Counted from the stretch's first letter, positions 50,432-60,320 are shown. The stretch is DNA of 64,000 nt from Candidatus Dojkabacteria bacterium (GCA_018056375.1 JAGPFQ010000001.1:432448-496447), one strand, 5' to 3'. Notes: generated by a model from the sequence alone, not told the origin. Numbers and translations: made by a program.

Positions 50432-51391
50432 TTAGCCATTAATATTAATAGAATATTCACTTAAAAGCTCAAGAACTTCATTAAGGGATTTGTTTCCAAA
50501 ACCTGGTAAGTTAAGAAGTTCTGTTGCTGTGGTTCCTCTAAGGTCTGCAACTGTCTTGAAACCTCCTGTGAGTAACCCTGTTTTTGCTCTCTTTGATATT
50601 GGTAAGTCTTCTATTTTCCAGTTTCCTACTTCATCTTCTTCCTCTGATACAATCTCTTCTGTTTCTTCTGGTTTATTTATTTCTTCTTGAATTTCTTCAA
50701 CCTCTTTCTTAGCCATTCCCATTGCTATCATGACCTTACCTGAGAACTCTTGTAATATTTTTGCAGATTCTAAGAGAGAGTCTTTAGGTGTAATACTTCC
50801 ATCTGTAAGAACTCCAATCAAAACTGCATCTAAGTCTGTTTCTTGTCCTTTTCTAGCCTGTTCAATGTTAAGACTGACTCTTTCAATTGGTGCAAAATCA
50901 CAATCTAGAGGAATTACTCCTATCTGTTTTCTTACTGTTGTTACTGGTTTATATCCAACTCCTGATTCTACTGTTATCTCCATATCAAGTGTAGAGGAAG
51001 CATCTGTTAGTGTAGCAATATGTAAATCTTTTGTTACAACTTCTAACTCTCCTGGAGTCTTGATATCTTTTGCTGTTACAACTTTTTTACCTTTAACACT
51101 TAATGTACATGTTTGAGGTTCATCAAGTTTTGTTCTAAATTTAATCTGTTTTAGATTCATTATGACATCAACCATATTTTCCTTTATACCATCGAGTGTT
51201 GAATATTCATGATCTACACCTTTAATACTTACACTTGTAATACCACTTCCTCTCAAGCTTGAGTAAAGAATTCTCCTTAGAGCATTCCCCAATGTATGAC
51301 CATATCCCCTTGGTAATGGAGAAATTTCAAAAAGAGCATAGTTGTCTTTCTCTTCCTTGATTGTAACTTTGATATCTTTAAAAGCTTCCAT
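50432..51391 (-). CDS. rpoA: DNA-directed RNA polymerase alpha subunit
   Basis: NTD dimerisation motifs and CTD. Position between rpsD and rplQ. Confidence 0.9.
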   Translation of the reverse strand: MEAFKDIKVTIKEEKDNYALFEISPLPRGYGHTLGNALRRILYSSLRGSGITSVSIKGVDHEYSTLDGIKENMVDVIMNLKQIKFRTKLDEPQTCTLSVKGKKVVTAKDIKTPGELEVVTKDLHIATLTDASSTLDMEITVESGVGYKPVTTVRKQIGVIPLDCDFAPIERVSLNIEQARKGQETDLDAVLIGVLTDGSITPKDSLLESAKILQEFSGKVMIAMGMAKKEVEEIQEEINKPEETEEIVSEEEDEVGNWKIEDLPISKRAKTGLLTGGFKTVADLRGTTATELLNLPGFGNKSLNEVLELLSEYSINING

Positions 51392-51408
51392 GTGTTGTTA
51401 ATATAAAA

Positions 51409-52020
51409 TTATCTAGAGTAGAACTCTATAATTAGATTCTCTTTAATTCCTTCATCAATATCATCCCTAATTGGTAATCTAGCGACTCTACATGATTCTC
51501 CTTTTGTCTCTATCCAATCAGGAGTTGTAATTAGCTTTTCACTAGGAGCTAATATAGCTTTCTTTAGTTCAATAGTGTCACCTTCTGCAACTTCAAATGA
51601 TGGAATCGTTTTCTTCTTACCATTAAGCTTTATATGACCATGAGTAACATATTGTCTTGCAGCTGCTCTTGAAGGAGCTAAACCAGCTAAGTATAGAACA
51701 TTGTCTAGTCTTAATTCCAAAAGTCTTAAGAGTTCCAAACCTTTATCTGTATTATTGTTCTTCGATCTTCTGTCTGATTCTTTGTACACATTAACCATAT
51801 TCTTTTCCCTTAGACCGTAAATTCTCTTTACCTTCTGTTTCTCTCTTAACTGTAAGCCGTAGCCAGAGAGTCTAGCTCTTCTCTTACCACCATGTTGTCC
51901 AGGTGGAAAAGGCTTCCTCTTTAACCCAGCTTTCTCTGAGAATGATCTTGTTCCTTTAAGAAAGAGTTCTACTCCTTCTCTTCTACTTAATCTTTCTTTT
52001 GGTCCTGTATATCTACCCAT
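51409..52020 (-). CDS. rpsD: 30S ribosomal protein S4
   Basis: 'MGRYTGPKERLSRREG' N-terminus. Confidence 0.9.
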   Translation of the reverse strand: MGRYTGPKERLSRREGVELFLKGTRSFSEKAGLKRKPFPPGQHGGKRRARLSGYGLQLREKQKVKRIYGLREKNMVNVYKESDRRSKNNNTDKGLELLRLLELRLDNVLYLAGLAPSRAAARQYVTHGHIKLNGKKKTIPSFEVAEGDTIELKKAILAPSEKLITTPDWIETKGESCRVARLPIRDDIDEGIKENLIIEFYSR

Positions 52021-52043
52021 GTAATCTTAAAATAGAATAAAAA

Positions 52044-52433
52044 TTATCTTCTTGGCATTTTTCTTGATCTACAACCATTATGTGGGATAGGTGTTTTATC
52101 TATCAACATTGTAATCTTTAAACCTGCAGAATCTAATCCCTTTACTGCAGCATTTCTTCCTGAACCAGGTCCTTTGATAATCACTTTAACTTCTTTCAAC
52201 CCATATTTCTTCATTACTTTCTCAGCAACATCTACTGCCGCTCTTGTAGCTGCATAAGCTGTACTTCTTTTTGCACCTTTAAAGCCTACAACTGCTGGAC
52301 TTCCTTGTCCTAACACTTCACCTTTCTCATCTGCTAATGTAATTATTGTATTGTTGAATGTAGAGAGTATCGTAGCAATACCACTCTGTACATTACCCTT
52401 TGTAGATTTTTTACTTTTCTTTACTTCTGCCAT
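52044..52433 (-). CDS. rpsK: 30S ribosomal protein S11
   Basis: '...GCRSRKMPRR' C-terminus. Confidence 0.9.
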   Translation of the reverse strand: MAEVKKSKKSTKGNVQSGIATILSTFNNTIITLADEKGEVLGQGSPAVVGFKGAKRSTAYAATRAAVDVAEKVMKKYGLKEVKVIIKGPGSGRNAAVKGLDSAGLKITMLIDKTPIPHNGCRSRKMPRR

Positions 52434-52442
52434 TTTTAAGTA

Positions 52443-52826
52443 CTATGTTTTATCTAAAGTTCTCTTTAAGCCACCAACTGCTCTTCCCCTACCTTTTCTG
52501 GTTCTAGCATTGTGTCTAGTTCTTTGACCTCTTACTGGAAGACCTAGTTTGTGTCTAATCCCTTTGTATGATCTGATATCCTTCAATCTTTTGATATCTC
52601 TAAAATTTCCTTGTCTTAATTCTCCTTCAACTTTGAAATTCTCTTCAATATATTTCCTAATTCTATCCAACTGATCTTCTGAGAGATCTTTTACAAATTC
52701 TCTCTTATCAATATTTACACCTTCACAAATCTTTTTTGCACTAACTTCACCAATGCCGTAGATACTCATAAGAGAGATCCATAATCTTTTATCATTTGGT
52801 ATTTCAACTCCTGCGACTCTAGCCAT
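52443..52826 (-). CDS. rpsM: 30S ribosomal protein S13
   Basis: 'MARVAGVEIPNDKR' N-terminus. Confidence 0.9.
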   Translation of the reverse strand: MARVAGVEIPNDKRLWISLMSIYGIGEVSAKKICEGVNIDKREFVKDLSEDQLDRIRKYIEENFKVEGELRQGNFRDIKRLKDIRSYKGIRHKLGLPVRGQRTRHNARTRKGRGRAVGGLKRTLDKT

Positions 52827-52859
52827 TTTTAGTTAAATAGTTTCTAAATATATTAAATA

Positions 52860-52976
52860 TTAACCCTGTCTCTGCTTATGCTTAGGGTCTTTCTTGCAAT
52901 AGACATAGACCCTTGATTTCCTTTTGACTATATAGCAGTCAGGACACCTTTTTTTTACAGAAGCTTTGACTTTCAT
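52860..52976 (-). CDS. rpmJ: 50S ribosomal protein L36 (38 aa), below the ORF-track size cutoff
   Basis: Manual translation of the minus strand gives [38 protein letters not shown]. This is the canonical L36 Zn-ribbon sequence in the expected position between infA and rpsM. Confidence 0.85.
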   Translation of the reverse strand: MKVKASVKKRCPDCYIVKRKSRVYVYCKKDPKHKQRQG

Positions 52977-52977
52977 T

Positions 52978-53211
52978 TTAATTCATATATCTATATGTTA
53001 TTCTTCCCCTTTCTTTATCATATGGGGTCATTTCAATTTTCACTTTATCTCCTTCTAGAATACGAATGTAGTGCATTCTCATCTTTCCAGAGAGATAACC
53101 AATAACTTCGTGCTTAGAACCATTTACCTCAATCTCAACAATGAATTGAGTGTTTGGTAAAGATTCTTTCACGATACCATCAAATTCAAAAATTTTTTTA
53201 CTGTCTTTCAT
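52978..53211 (-). CDS. infA: translation initiation factor IF-1
   Basis: S1-like OB fold '[13 protein letters not shown]...[14 protein letters not shown]'. Confidence 0.9.
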   Translation of the reverse strand: MKDSKKIFEFDGIVKESLPNTQFIVEIEVNGSKHEVIGYLSGKMRMHYIRILEGDKVKIEMTPYDKERGRITYRYMN

Positions 53212-53325
53212 ACTTTTCTCATATTCCCATTTAATGGGAATCCCCCGAATTATACCAAAGGAAGACTAGTATTTCAACAAAAACAGTAAAATCTTCTATC
53301 TTTGAACGAGACTAAGAGAGGATAT

Positions 53326-53353
53326 CAAATATTTAAAAGTTTTACAAGCATTT
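53326..53353 (-). repeat. copy A of a roughly 28-bp direct repeat (core AAAGTTTTACAAGCATTT); putative duplicated promoter
   Basis: An exact 18-nt core (53336-53353) is shared with 54976-54993. On the minus strand it reads ...TTGTAA, a 17-nt spacer, then TATCCT. Confidence 0.5.
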
Positions 53354-53391
53354 TTTAATTATATATTTCTCTCTTTTTATATACTTAAGGA

Positions 53392-54906
53392 CTACAACAA
53401 CTCTAATATCTCTGGTAGTTGCTCTCCATTCTGAATCATTTCTTCTTTCTTTTTATACAACTTTGCTAACACAGCATTTCTTCTTTTCATTTCTCTACTA
53501 AGCATCCTAAGTTCCTCTTTAGTATAATCTTGTGGCATTTTATAACCATCATAGCTTATGGAAACTTTCTTACCACCACCTAGATCTAATTCTCCCTCCT
53601 CATTATGACCTACAGAATCCAACAGAGGTTTAACATAGGCATCTATTAAAGGGATAGAGACCAGACCTTCTTTTTCCGTCCATGTGAATACACTATAGAG
53701 ACCATCTTTTGTAAATATGTAAGATGTACAATCTGGAACATCAGGCTTATCTTCACCTAGAACTCCTTTAATGAAGGGATTATCTATAAACTCTGCTTGA
53801 AAATATACACTATCAGAAACAATTACTTCCTGACCATTGTCAAGTAAAAGCTGTCTACATGCATAAGGACAGGTCTCGTGTAGTTGTCTCATCTTTTCCA
53901 CATTAAATAACTCCGTTACTGTCATGTTTTTCTTCGAGGCTTCGATATATTCACTAATCGCTCTATTTGCGACAGCTCTCCCTTTTGTTCTTGTTAAATA
54001 GTCAATATAACTTTGAAAAGAGTTATCTTTTATTCCTTCTAATTGCTTCTGGGACACCCAAGAATATTCACTTTTCTTAAAACAATCTGGAAGATCCATA
54101 AAATCATCTTCAATCGCATACTTTTCGTTGTACCACTTTTCGTAATCTTTGAAAACATGCTCTCGAAAAGCAAGCTCATTAAAAAAAGCTTCTAAAGCAA
54201 CAGGATCAGTATGACCAGGACTAAAGAAGTTTGGAATTCTCAGACAAGGTAATACTACTTTACCATCGAGCACAGTAACTCTCATTATATCTGCATTGCT
54301 AAACCTTTTTAAATGTTTATGATAATTTCGAACTCTTGTCACTATAGCAGAAACAAGATGAGAATCAGCTTCAAACAAAGATCCTAAATGGTTAGTTCTC
54401 GAACCTTCTAATGGTTTTAACAGAGAAAACCTATCTTTAATAGGTCTTTCCGCATATTTCTCTCGCTCAACAGAGATTATTTCTTGCTCTGTGATTATTA
54501 ATCGATCAAGCTGCTGACTGAAAACATCTACCTGTTTCCTTTTGTTATCTCTTCCTGCTTTTGTTAGCCAGTCATAGTACAAATCCTCGGTAGAATACAA
54601 CCAAGGATTATCAAAGACAACGTATTTTTCTCCACTATCTAGTAAACCACCTTTGCAAGCATGTGGATATTTTTCCAGCAACTCATCCATCATTTCTATA
54701 TGTTGCTTTTGATTTTCTGAGAGTTCTCTTCCATGCATCTGAAACAAATATCCTTCCCTTTTTCTAGCATCATCTAATCCTACATTCTCCTCAAGCAAAG
54801 CCAATTCAAAAGCAATATCTGGATCAGCTATCTGACCATATTCATTATAAAAAGGTTGTTTTGGAGAATTATCTATACCCTCTACTTCACCTAATTCTGG
54901 TGTCAT
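53392..54906 (-). CDS. hypothetical 504-aa protein with internal duplication, inserted in the ribosomal-protein operon
   Basis: 'YPHACKGGLLDSGEKYVVFDNPWLY' and 'CPYACRQLLLDNGQEVIVSDSVYF' are internal repeats. No recognisable family. It occupies the slot where map normally sits. Confidence 0.45.
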   Translation of the reverse strand: MTPELGEVEGIDNSPKQPFYNEYGQIADPDIAFELALLEENVGLDDARKREGYLFQMHGRELSENQKQHIEMMDELLEKYPHACKGGLLDSGEKYVVFDNPWLYSTEDLYYDWLTKAGRDNKRKQVDVFSQQLDRLIITEQEIISVEREKYAERPIKDRFSLLKPLEGSRTNHLGSLFEADSHLVSAIVTRVRNYHKHLKRFSNADIMRVTVLDGKVVLPCLRIPNFFSPGHTDPVALEAFFNELAFREHVFKDYEKWYNEKYAIEDDFMDLPDCFKKSEYSWVSQKQLEGIKDNSFQSYIDYLTRTKGRAVANRAISEYIEASKKNMTVTELFNVEKMRQLHETCPYACRQLLLDNGQEVIVSDSVYFQAEFIDNPFIKGVLGEDKPDVPDCTSYIFTKDGLYSVFTWTEKEGLVSIPLIDAYVKPLLDSVGHNEEGELDLGGGKKVSISYDGYKMPQDYTKEELRMLSREMKRRNAVLAKLYKKKEEMIQNGEQLPEILELL

Positions 54907-54965
54907 ATATCTATGGCATTAAATTAATACAAGATTGGGGTAGTAAATCTGTAATTGCAGAATAG

Positions 54966-54993
54966 CAAATTTATTAAAGTTTTACAAGCATTT
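54966..54993 (-). repeat. copy B of the roughly 28-bp direct repeat (core AAAGTTTTACAAGCATTT)
   Basis: Identical 18-nt core to 53336-53353. On the minus strand it reads TTGTAA, a 17-nt spacer, then TATTCT. Lies 87 nt upstream of the 504-aa gene start. Confidence 0.5.
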
Positions 54994-54999
54994 AAATCA

Positions 55000-55629
55000 C
55001 TATTCTTTTATAAATTTTACTAAATCATCTCTATTCTCTAATGTAACAAAATGACCACTAGTATAGGACTTAAAAGTAACATCTGCCCCAATTGATTTAA
55101 AGTATTCACTACTCTCTTTACCCAATGAATAAGGTACAACTGGATCATCAATACCGTGAGATATAAATATCTTCAAATGTTTAACAGACTTTTTAGTATA
55201 TCTATATTCTTTCACAAAATCTGGTATATAACCACTAAGAGCAACAACTTTACTAATACTCTCCCCCATAATTAATGCTAGACTTTGTGCTAACATTGCT
55301 CCCTGACTAAAGCCTAGCAATACAACATTTTTAGTGTCTAAGTTGTATTCTTGAATTGCATCATTTATAAAAACCTGAGTAGATTTCAACACCTCATCAA
55401 ATTCAACTCTCACAGGCTGACCATTTTCTTCAAAATTCCAAAATGCATACCCTGGAAAAATAGTAATTGGACCTCGCAAACTGAAAATATGATAAGTCTC
55501 GTTGAAATTTTCAACTAGTGACAACAAATCCTTCTCATCACTTCCATATCCGTGGAATAAAAAGATTGCAGGCTTCCTTTCTCCTGACTCCTTTGGAGCA
55601 GAATATTTAAATACAAAATTGGATTTCAT
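55000..55629 (-). CDS. alpha/beta hydrolase (phospholipase/carboxylesterase family)
   Basis: 'IFLFHGYGSDEKDL' and nucleophile elbow 'GFSQGA'. Confidence 0.65.
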   Translation of the reverse strand: MKSNFVFKYSAPKESGERKPAIFLFHGYGSDEKDLLSLVENFNETYHIFSLRGPITIFPGYAFWNFEENGQPVRVEFDEVLKSTQVFINDAIQEYNLDTKNVVLLGFSQGAMLAQSLALIMGESISKVVALSGYIPDFVKEYRYTKKSVKHLKIFISHGIDDPVVPYSLGKESSEYFKSIGADVTFKSYTSGHFVTLENRDDLVKFIKE

Positions 55630-55637
55630 CTCTATAT

Positions 55638-56306
55638 CTACAGTCCTAATATTTCAAGTATTTCCTTGTGGATTTCTTCAATAGATGGGGCTGCATCTAC
55701 CTCAACTAAGATGCCTCTTGTTCTGTAAGTGTCAAGAATTGGCTCTATTGTTCGATTGTACTCTCTAAGTCTTTCTTTTATCTTTTCTGGCTTATCATCA
55801 TCTCTCTGTATGAGTTTCGTATTACACTTATCACAAATACCCTGAACCTTTTCCTTTTTAAACTTAGGGTGGAATGTCATACCACAACTAGGACAATATG
55901 TTCGAACAGACATTCTTTCAATTGCAGTTTCAGGAGAGAGGGTGAAATGGATGAACATATCTAGCTTTCTGTTCTTTTGTTGTAGTAGTTTATCAAGGTA
56001 TTCAATCTGCCCTACTTCTCTAACAACTGATACTAAAGCCCAATGTTTTGTATTATCAAATCTGTCTAACCATTTTGGAAACATCTTGTTGTATATTATC
56101 TCGTTTGGCACAAATTTCCCCTGTGTGGTGTACTCTGTTGCAAGAATGGCATCCTTGTCTCCTTCTGCAAAGAGTTTTCTAATCATATCTCCAGTACCAA
56201 TATTCTGAAAGCCATAGTCATCCACTAAAAGCTCTACTTGTGTATCTTTGCCACACCCTGAAGGTCCATGGAAAAGAATTGTCCTTGCATCTGAGGTTAC
56301 CTCCAT
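55638..56306 (-). CDS. adk: adenylate kinase (Zn-binding LID)
   Basis: 'ILFHGPSGCGKDTQ' P-loop and LID 'CPSCG...CDKCN'. Confidence 0.9.
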   Translation of the reverse strand: MEVTSDARTILFHGPSGCGKDTQVELLVDDYGFQNIGTGDMIRKLFAEGDKDAILATEYTTQGKFVPNEIIYNKMFPKWLDRFDNTKHWALVSVVREVGQIEYLDKLLQQKNRKLDMFIHFTLSPETAIERMSVRTYCPSCGMTFHPKFKKEKVQGICDKCNTKLIQRDDDKPEKIKERLREYNRTIEPILDTYRTRGILVEVDAAPSIEEIHKEILEILGL

Positions 56307-56417
56307 AGATATATCTTACCACAAAAGGACTATATGTGAAAATCGAAGGATTTTTAATTTACTATATACACTAATATTTAATCTTGAATTAATCTTCGTA
56401 AGGTATGATTTATATCA

Positions 56418-56876
56418 ATGGAGATATTCAAAGGCAGAATTTGCCATATTTATAACAGAGGGAATCGAAAAGATTTGATATGTTTCGACAATGAAGATTA
56501 CGATTCTTTGTTGAGTCTAATAAACAGGTCTTTTAATAGTCTTTACTTTGATGTTATCTCTGTTTGTATTATGCCCAATCACTACCATCTCTTAGTCTCG
56601 CAAATTCATAACAAACCAATTTGGCAATGTATGCACAGAATTGGGACTCTACATGCAAAGTATATTAACAAAAAGTATGGATTAACAGGACATCTTTTTG
56701 AAGATAGTTACAAATGTAAAGAGGTAAAAGACTGCACATACTTCAAAAAGATTGTGAATTATATTAGAGATAACCCTAATGAGTTAAAAGACAGAACAGA
56801 TGTTAGTTTTCGACTTCAAGAAAATAATTTCCTACAAGATTATTATATTATTCACCTTTCTTCTATCGATGATTAA
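56418..56876 (+). mobile_element. IS200-like/REP-associated Y1 (HUH) tyrosine transposase gene (152 aa)
   Basis: 'CHIYNRGNRKDLIF' N-terminus, HUH motif 'MPNHYHLLV' and catalytic Tyr region 'VNYIRDNPNE'. Opposite strand to the surrounding operon. The secY/adk intergenic gap is enlarged to about 680 nt. Confidence 0.65.
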
Positions 56877-56989
56877 ACGATTTTGAAGATTCAAGGAGCT
56901 TATAGTGTGTTAACTAATCGTAAAAAAAACAACTATAGTCTTTACTATGAAAGATAAACTTGGAGAGGTAACCGTATATATATATATAA

Positions 56990-58255
56990 TTACAGATAAC
57001 GATCGTAACTTCTTGTTGTAACCATAGATTCTACTTGGCTTTTGATTTCGAGAATTACACCTACAACTATTAGTAGACCTGTACCCGAGAATACTGCTCC
57101 TGGTACTAAACCTACCCTTACAAGCATATCTGGCAAGATAGCAAGTATTGCTAAGAAAAGAGCTCCAACAACAGCTAATCTAAAACTTATTGTCCTTAGA
57201 TATTTTGATGTATTTTCTCCTGGTCTAATTCCCTGTATGAAAGCTCCTTGCTTTTGTAGATTTTCGGCTAACTCATCGGTTTTAAATACTACAGAGAGAT
57301 AGAAGAGTGAAAAACCAATAACTAAAACGAATGTTGCAATATCTTTTACATAAGGAGTGTTTAGTATATCAATCATTTTCTGAGAGAAGTTAGTTAAACC
57401 TGGATTGAAATTTTTACTAATTAAGAACTTCCCTACTAACTGAGGAAAGGATAGAAATGCCATTGCAAAAATTACAGGCATAACTCCAGATTGTGTTAGT
57501 TTTATAGGGATAAAGCTTTCCAAAGCTCCTCCAGTTCTAACTCTCCTTGAGTACTGAACCTTTACCCTTCTTTCGACTGTAGTAACTATAATTACAGCAA
57601 CTATCATTATGAATGCAATTACAATAAAAATGCCTTTTTGCAATCCATCCATTGTCATAAAGTTTGATCTTAATGTACCAGGAATACCTGACAGAATACC
57701 TAACATAATCAGATATGATGTCCCACCACCAAGACCACTTTCCGAAATTAATTCTCCAAACCACATCATAGTCACAGCACCTGCTGTAAATATTGCAACC
57801 ATTGTTGCAAGTTCTAAAGGAGGAAGTTTAGTTACTAAACCAAAGCCTAGTAATGTTGAATAGATAACAAATGACTGTAAGATTGCTAACGGTACAGTAA
57901 CAAGTCTTGTATACATAGATATTTTTCTTCTCCCCTCAGCACCCTCTTTTCTTGTTTCATCAAGTGCTGGGATAACTGTACCTAATAATTGGAAGATGAT
58001 AGAAGCATTAATATATGGTGTTAAACCAATTGCAACAATTGATGCACTCTCTAGTACTCCCCCTGACACAGCAGTTAAAACATCTCCCATACTTGTCCCT
58101 TCAAAAAGTTTCTTTATTGCATCAGCAGGAATACCAGCTACTGGAATAGATGAGAGGACTCTAAAGATAACAAGTATCAGCAAAGAAAAGAGGATTTTAT
58201 CCCTAATCTCTTTTGTCTTAAAGATATGCTTAATTCTTTCAAATATCTTTTGCAT
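56990..58255 (-). CDS. secY: preprotein translocase subunit SecY
   Basis: Ten TM segments, conserved SecY motifs, and position after rplO. Confidence 0.9.
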   Translation of the reverse strand: MQKIFERIKHIFKTKEIRDKILFSLLILVIFRVLSSIPVAGIPADAIKKLFEGTSMGDVLTAVSGGVLESASIVAIGLTPYINASIIFQLLGTVIPALDETRKEGAEGRRKISMYTRLVTVPLAILQSFVIYSTLLGFGLVTKLPPLELATMVAIFTAGAVTMMWFGELISESGLGGGTSYLIMLGILSGIPGTLRSNFMTMDGLQKGIFIVIAFIMIVAVIIVTTVERRVKVQYSRRVRTGGALESFIPIKLTQSGVMPVIFAMAFLSFPQLVGKFLISKNFNPGLTNFSQKMIDILNTPYVKDIATFVLVIGFSLFYLSVVFKTDELAENLQKQGAFIQGIRPGENTSKYLRTISFRLAVVGALFLAILAILPDMLVRVGLVPGAVFSGTGLLIVVGVILEIKSQVESMVTTRSYDRYL

Positions 58256-58267
58256 CTTGTAAGGTGC

Positions 58268-58711
58268 TTATTTTATTTCACCACCTACTTTTTCTATCTT
58301 CTCCTTTGCGGAAGAGGAGATTTCTAGTCCATCTATTTTCAGCTTCTTTTTTATCTCTCCCTTTCCTAGAATTTTTACAGCTTTTGAGTTTTTCTTCACT
58401 ATACCTTTCTTAAGAAGTACCTCTAAATTGACTAATTCTCCTTCCTTAAATTCCTTTTCTAAAGTGGCTAAGTTGACTGCTTGAGTATCAACCTTAAACT
58501 TTCTATTAAAGCCCTTGTACTTAGGCATTCTCCTAAAAAATGGTACATTTCCACCTTCAAAATAGAGCATAGATTTATGCCCTGCTCTAGATGTTTGACC
58601 TTTTGTGCCTCTACCAACAGTATGACCTCCTTTGCCAGATCCATAGCCTCTACCTAACTTCTTGGCTTTCATTATTCTTTTTTTCCTTTTTGGTACACTT
58701 TCTAATTTCAT
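58268..58711 (-). CDS. rplO: 50S ribosomal protein L15
   Basis: 'GRGYGSGKGGHTVGRGTKGQ' motif. Confidence 0.9.
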   Translation of the reverse strand: MKLESVPKRKKRIMKAKKLGRGYGSGKGGHTVGRGTKGQTSRAGHKSMLYFEGGNVPFFRRMPKYKGFNRKFKVDTQAVNLATLEKEFKEGELVNLEVLLKKGIVKKNSKAVKILGKGEIKKKLKIDGLEISSSAKEKIEKVGGEIK

Positions 58712-59412
58712 TACTTTTCTTTACTTACTTTATCTTCTTTCTTTTCTGGTGTTTTAGCAGTCTTGTCAGTTTTAACAGATTTCCCTTTCTTTATCTTTTT
58801 AGGAGCTTCTTTTTGAGCTTTTCGAGCCTTTTTCTTTTCTGCCATCTCTTTCTTTCTTTTCTTTTCTTCTTTAATTTTTCTTTCCTTATCTGTTTCCTCT
58901 TTCATAGTAACTCTATCTCTCATAACCCTCATCTTGTCCAATACTCTTCCTTTTCTTAAAAGCTTCAAAGCTTCAAATGTACAGTATGCATTGCCATTAG
59001 GATCCGAACTTCCTAAAATCTTACCGTATACATTCTCTACACCTGCTAACTCTAAAACTACTCTTACTGAAGAGCCTGCAATAACACCAGTACCTGGTCT
59101 TGCTGGTCTAAGAAGAACTTTTGATGCTCCATACTTATGAACTATCTCATGTGGAATTGTATCTCCTACCAATTCTACTTTAACCATAGCTCTTTCTGCT
59201 AATCTTTCACCTTGCTGTACAGATGTTCTAACATCAGCACCCCTACCTAAAGCAACACCTACTTTCCCATTTCTATCTCCAACCACAACAACTGTACTAA
59301 ATCTTAATTTCTTCCCTCCTTTGGTCACCTTTGCAACTCTTCTCACTGGAAGTGTTCTTTTCTCAAAAGCTCTTTTTTCTCTATTTTTTTGCTTAAAGTT
59401 TTTCTCTTTCAT
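58711..59412 (-). CDS. rpsE: 30S ribosomal protein S5 with Lys-rich C-terminal extension of about 70 aa
   Basis: S5 core 'VRRVAKVTKGGKKLRFSTVVVVGD' followed by a KEEK-rich tail. Its stop abuts the rplO start, so there is no room for L30. Confidence 0.9.
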   Translation of the reverse strand: MKEKNFKQKNREKRAFEKRTLPVRRVAKVTKGGKKLRFSTVVVVGDRNGKVGVALGRGADVRTSVQQGERLAERAMVKVELVGDTIPHEIVHKYGASKVLLRPARPGTGVIAGSSVRVVLELAGVENVYGKILGSSDPNGNAYCTFEALKLLRKGRVLDKMRVMRDRVTMKEETDKERKIKEEKKRKKEMAEKKKARKAQKEAPKKIKKGKSVKTDKTAKTPEKKEDKVSKEK

Positions 59413-59422
59413 TTCTTACACT

Positions 59423-59749
59423 CTAAATTTTAACTCCTTCTTTTCTTAATTCTTCAACAAAAGATTTAATCAAACCATGATACTTATATCCACTTCTATC
59501 AAAGACTGTTGATTCATATTTTTTAGCTAATTTTGCAAATTCTTTTGCCATAACTAAAATATCTTTTTCATTACCATTAGCCATCATTGATTTAATAACG
59601 ATACCTTTATCATCATCTGCAATACCAGCATAGAAATACCTGTTACTCTTAAAAACAAACACTCTTGGCTTTTCAGAAGTACCATGTAATTTCTTCCTTA
59701 TATGTGCCTTTCTTCTTATTCTTCTTTCTTTCTTATTTTTGACTGCCAT
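59423..59749 (-). CDS. rplR: 50S ribosomal protein L18
   Basis: 'RIRRKAHIRKK...PRVFVFKSNRYFYAGI'. Confidence 0.9.
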   Translation of the reverse strand: MAVKNKKERRIRRKAHIRKKLHGTSEKPRVFVFKSNRYFYAGIADDDKGIVIKSMMANGNEKDILVMAKEFAKLAKKYESTVFDRSGYKYHGLIKSFVEELRKEGVKI

Positions 59750-59756
59750 ATTTTTC

Positions 59757-60320
59757 CTACTTTATTTTATCACCAACACTAGATTTAGAACTCTTTCTTC
59801 TAACATATTCACCTTCATATCTAACACCTTTACCTTTGTAAGGTTCTGGTTTTCTAATTTCTCTAATTTTTGCTGCAAACTCACCAACTTTTTGTTTGTC
59901 AAAACCTTTTACAGTTATTTTTGTTTCCTCAGGAACTTCTACTTGAAGACCTTCAGGAGTTATAAGTTTGATAGGATGATTCCAGCCAAGACTCATTACT
60001 AAATCTGCACCTTCCATCCTTGCTCTATATCCAACTCCAACTAGTTCTAATTTCTTCTCATATCCGTTCTTAACTCCAAAAACGGCATTAGCTATTAACA
60101 TTCTGTATGTACCGTGATCTGATTTTGACTGTTTATTCTCTTCTGTTCTTTTGATATTGATGGTAGTATCTTTAACCTCAATCTCTAAAGTTTCAGGAAG
60201 GTTGATTTTCATCTCCCCTTTTGGTCCAGACACAGTAACCTCTCTATCATTTACTGAGATTTCTACTCCTTCTTCAATTGTTATACTTGCTAATCCTATT
60301 CTTGACATAATAATTACCAA
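59757..60320 (-). CDS. rplF: 50S ribosomal protein L6
   Basis: 'SRIGLASITIEEGVEISV' N-terminus. Confidence 0.9.
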   Translation of the reverse strand: MVIIMSRIGLASITIEEGVEISVNDREVTVSGPKGEMKINLPETLEIEVKDTTINIKRTEENKQSKSDHGTYRMLIANAVFGVKNGYEKKLELVGVGYRARMEGADLVMSLGWNHPIKLITPEGLQVEVPEETKITVKGFDKQKVGEFAAKIREIRKPEPYKGKGVRYEGEYVRRKSSKSSVGDKIK

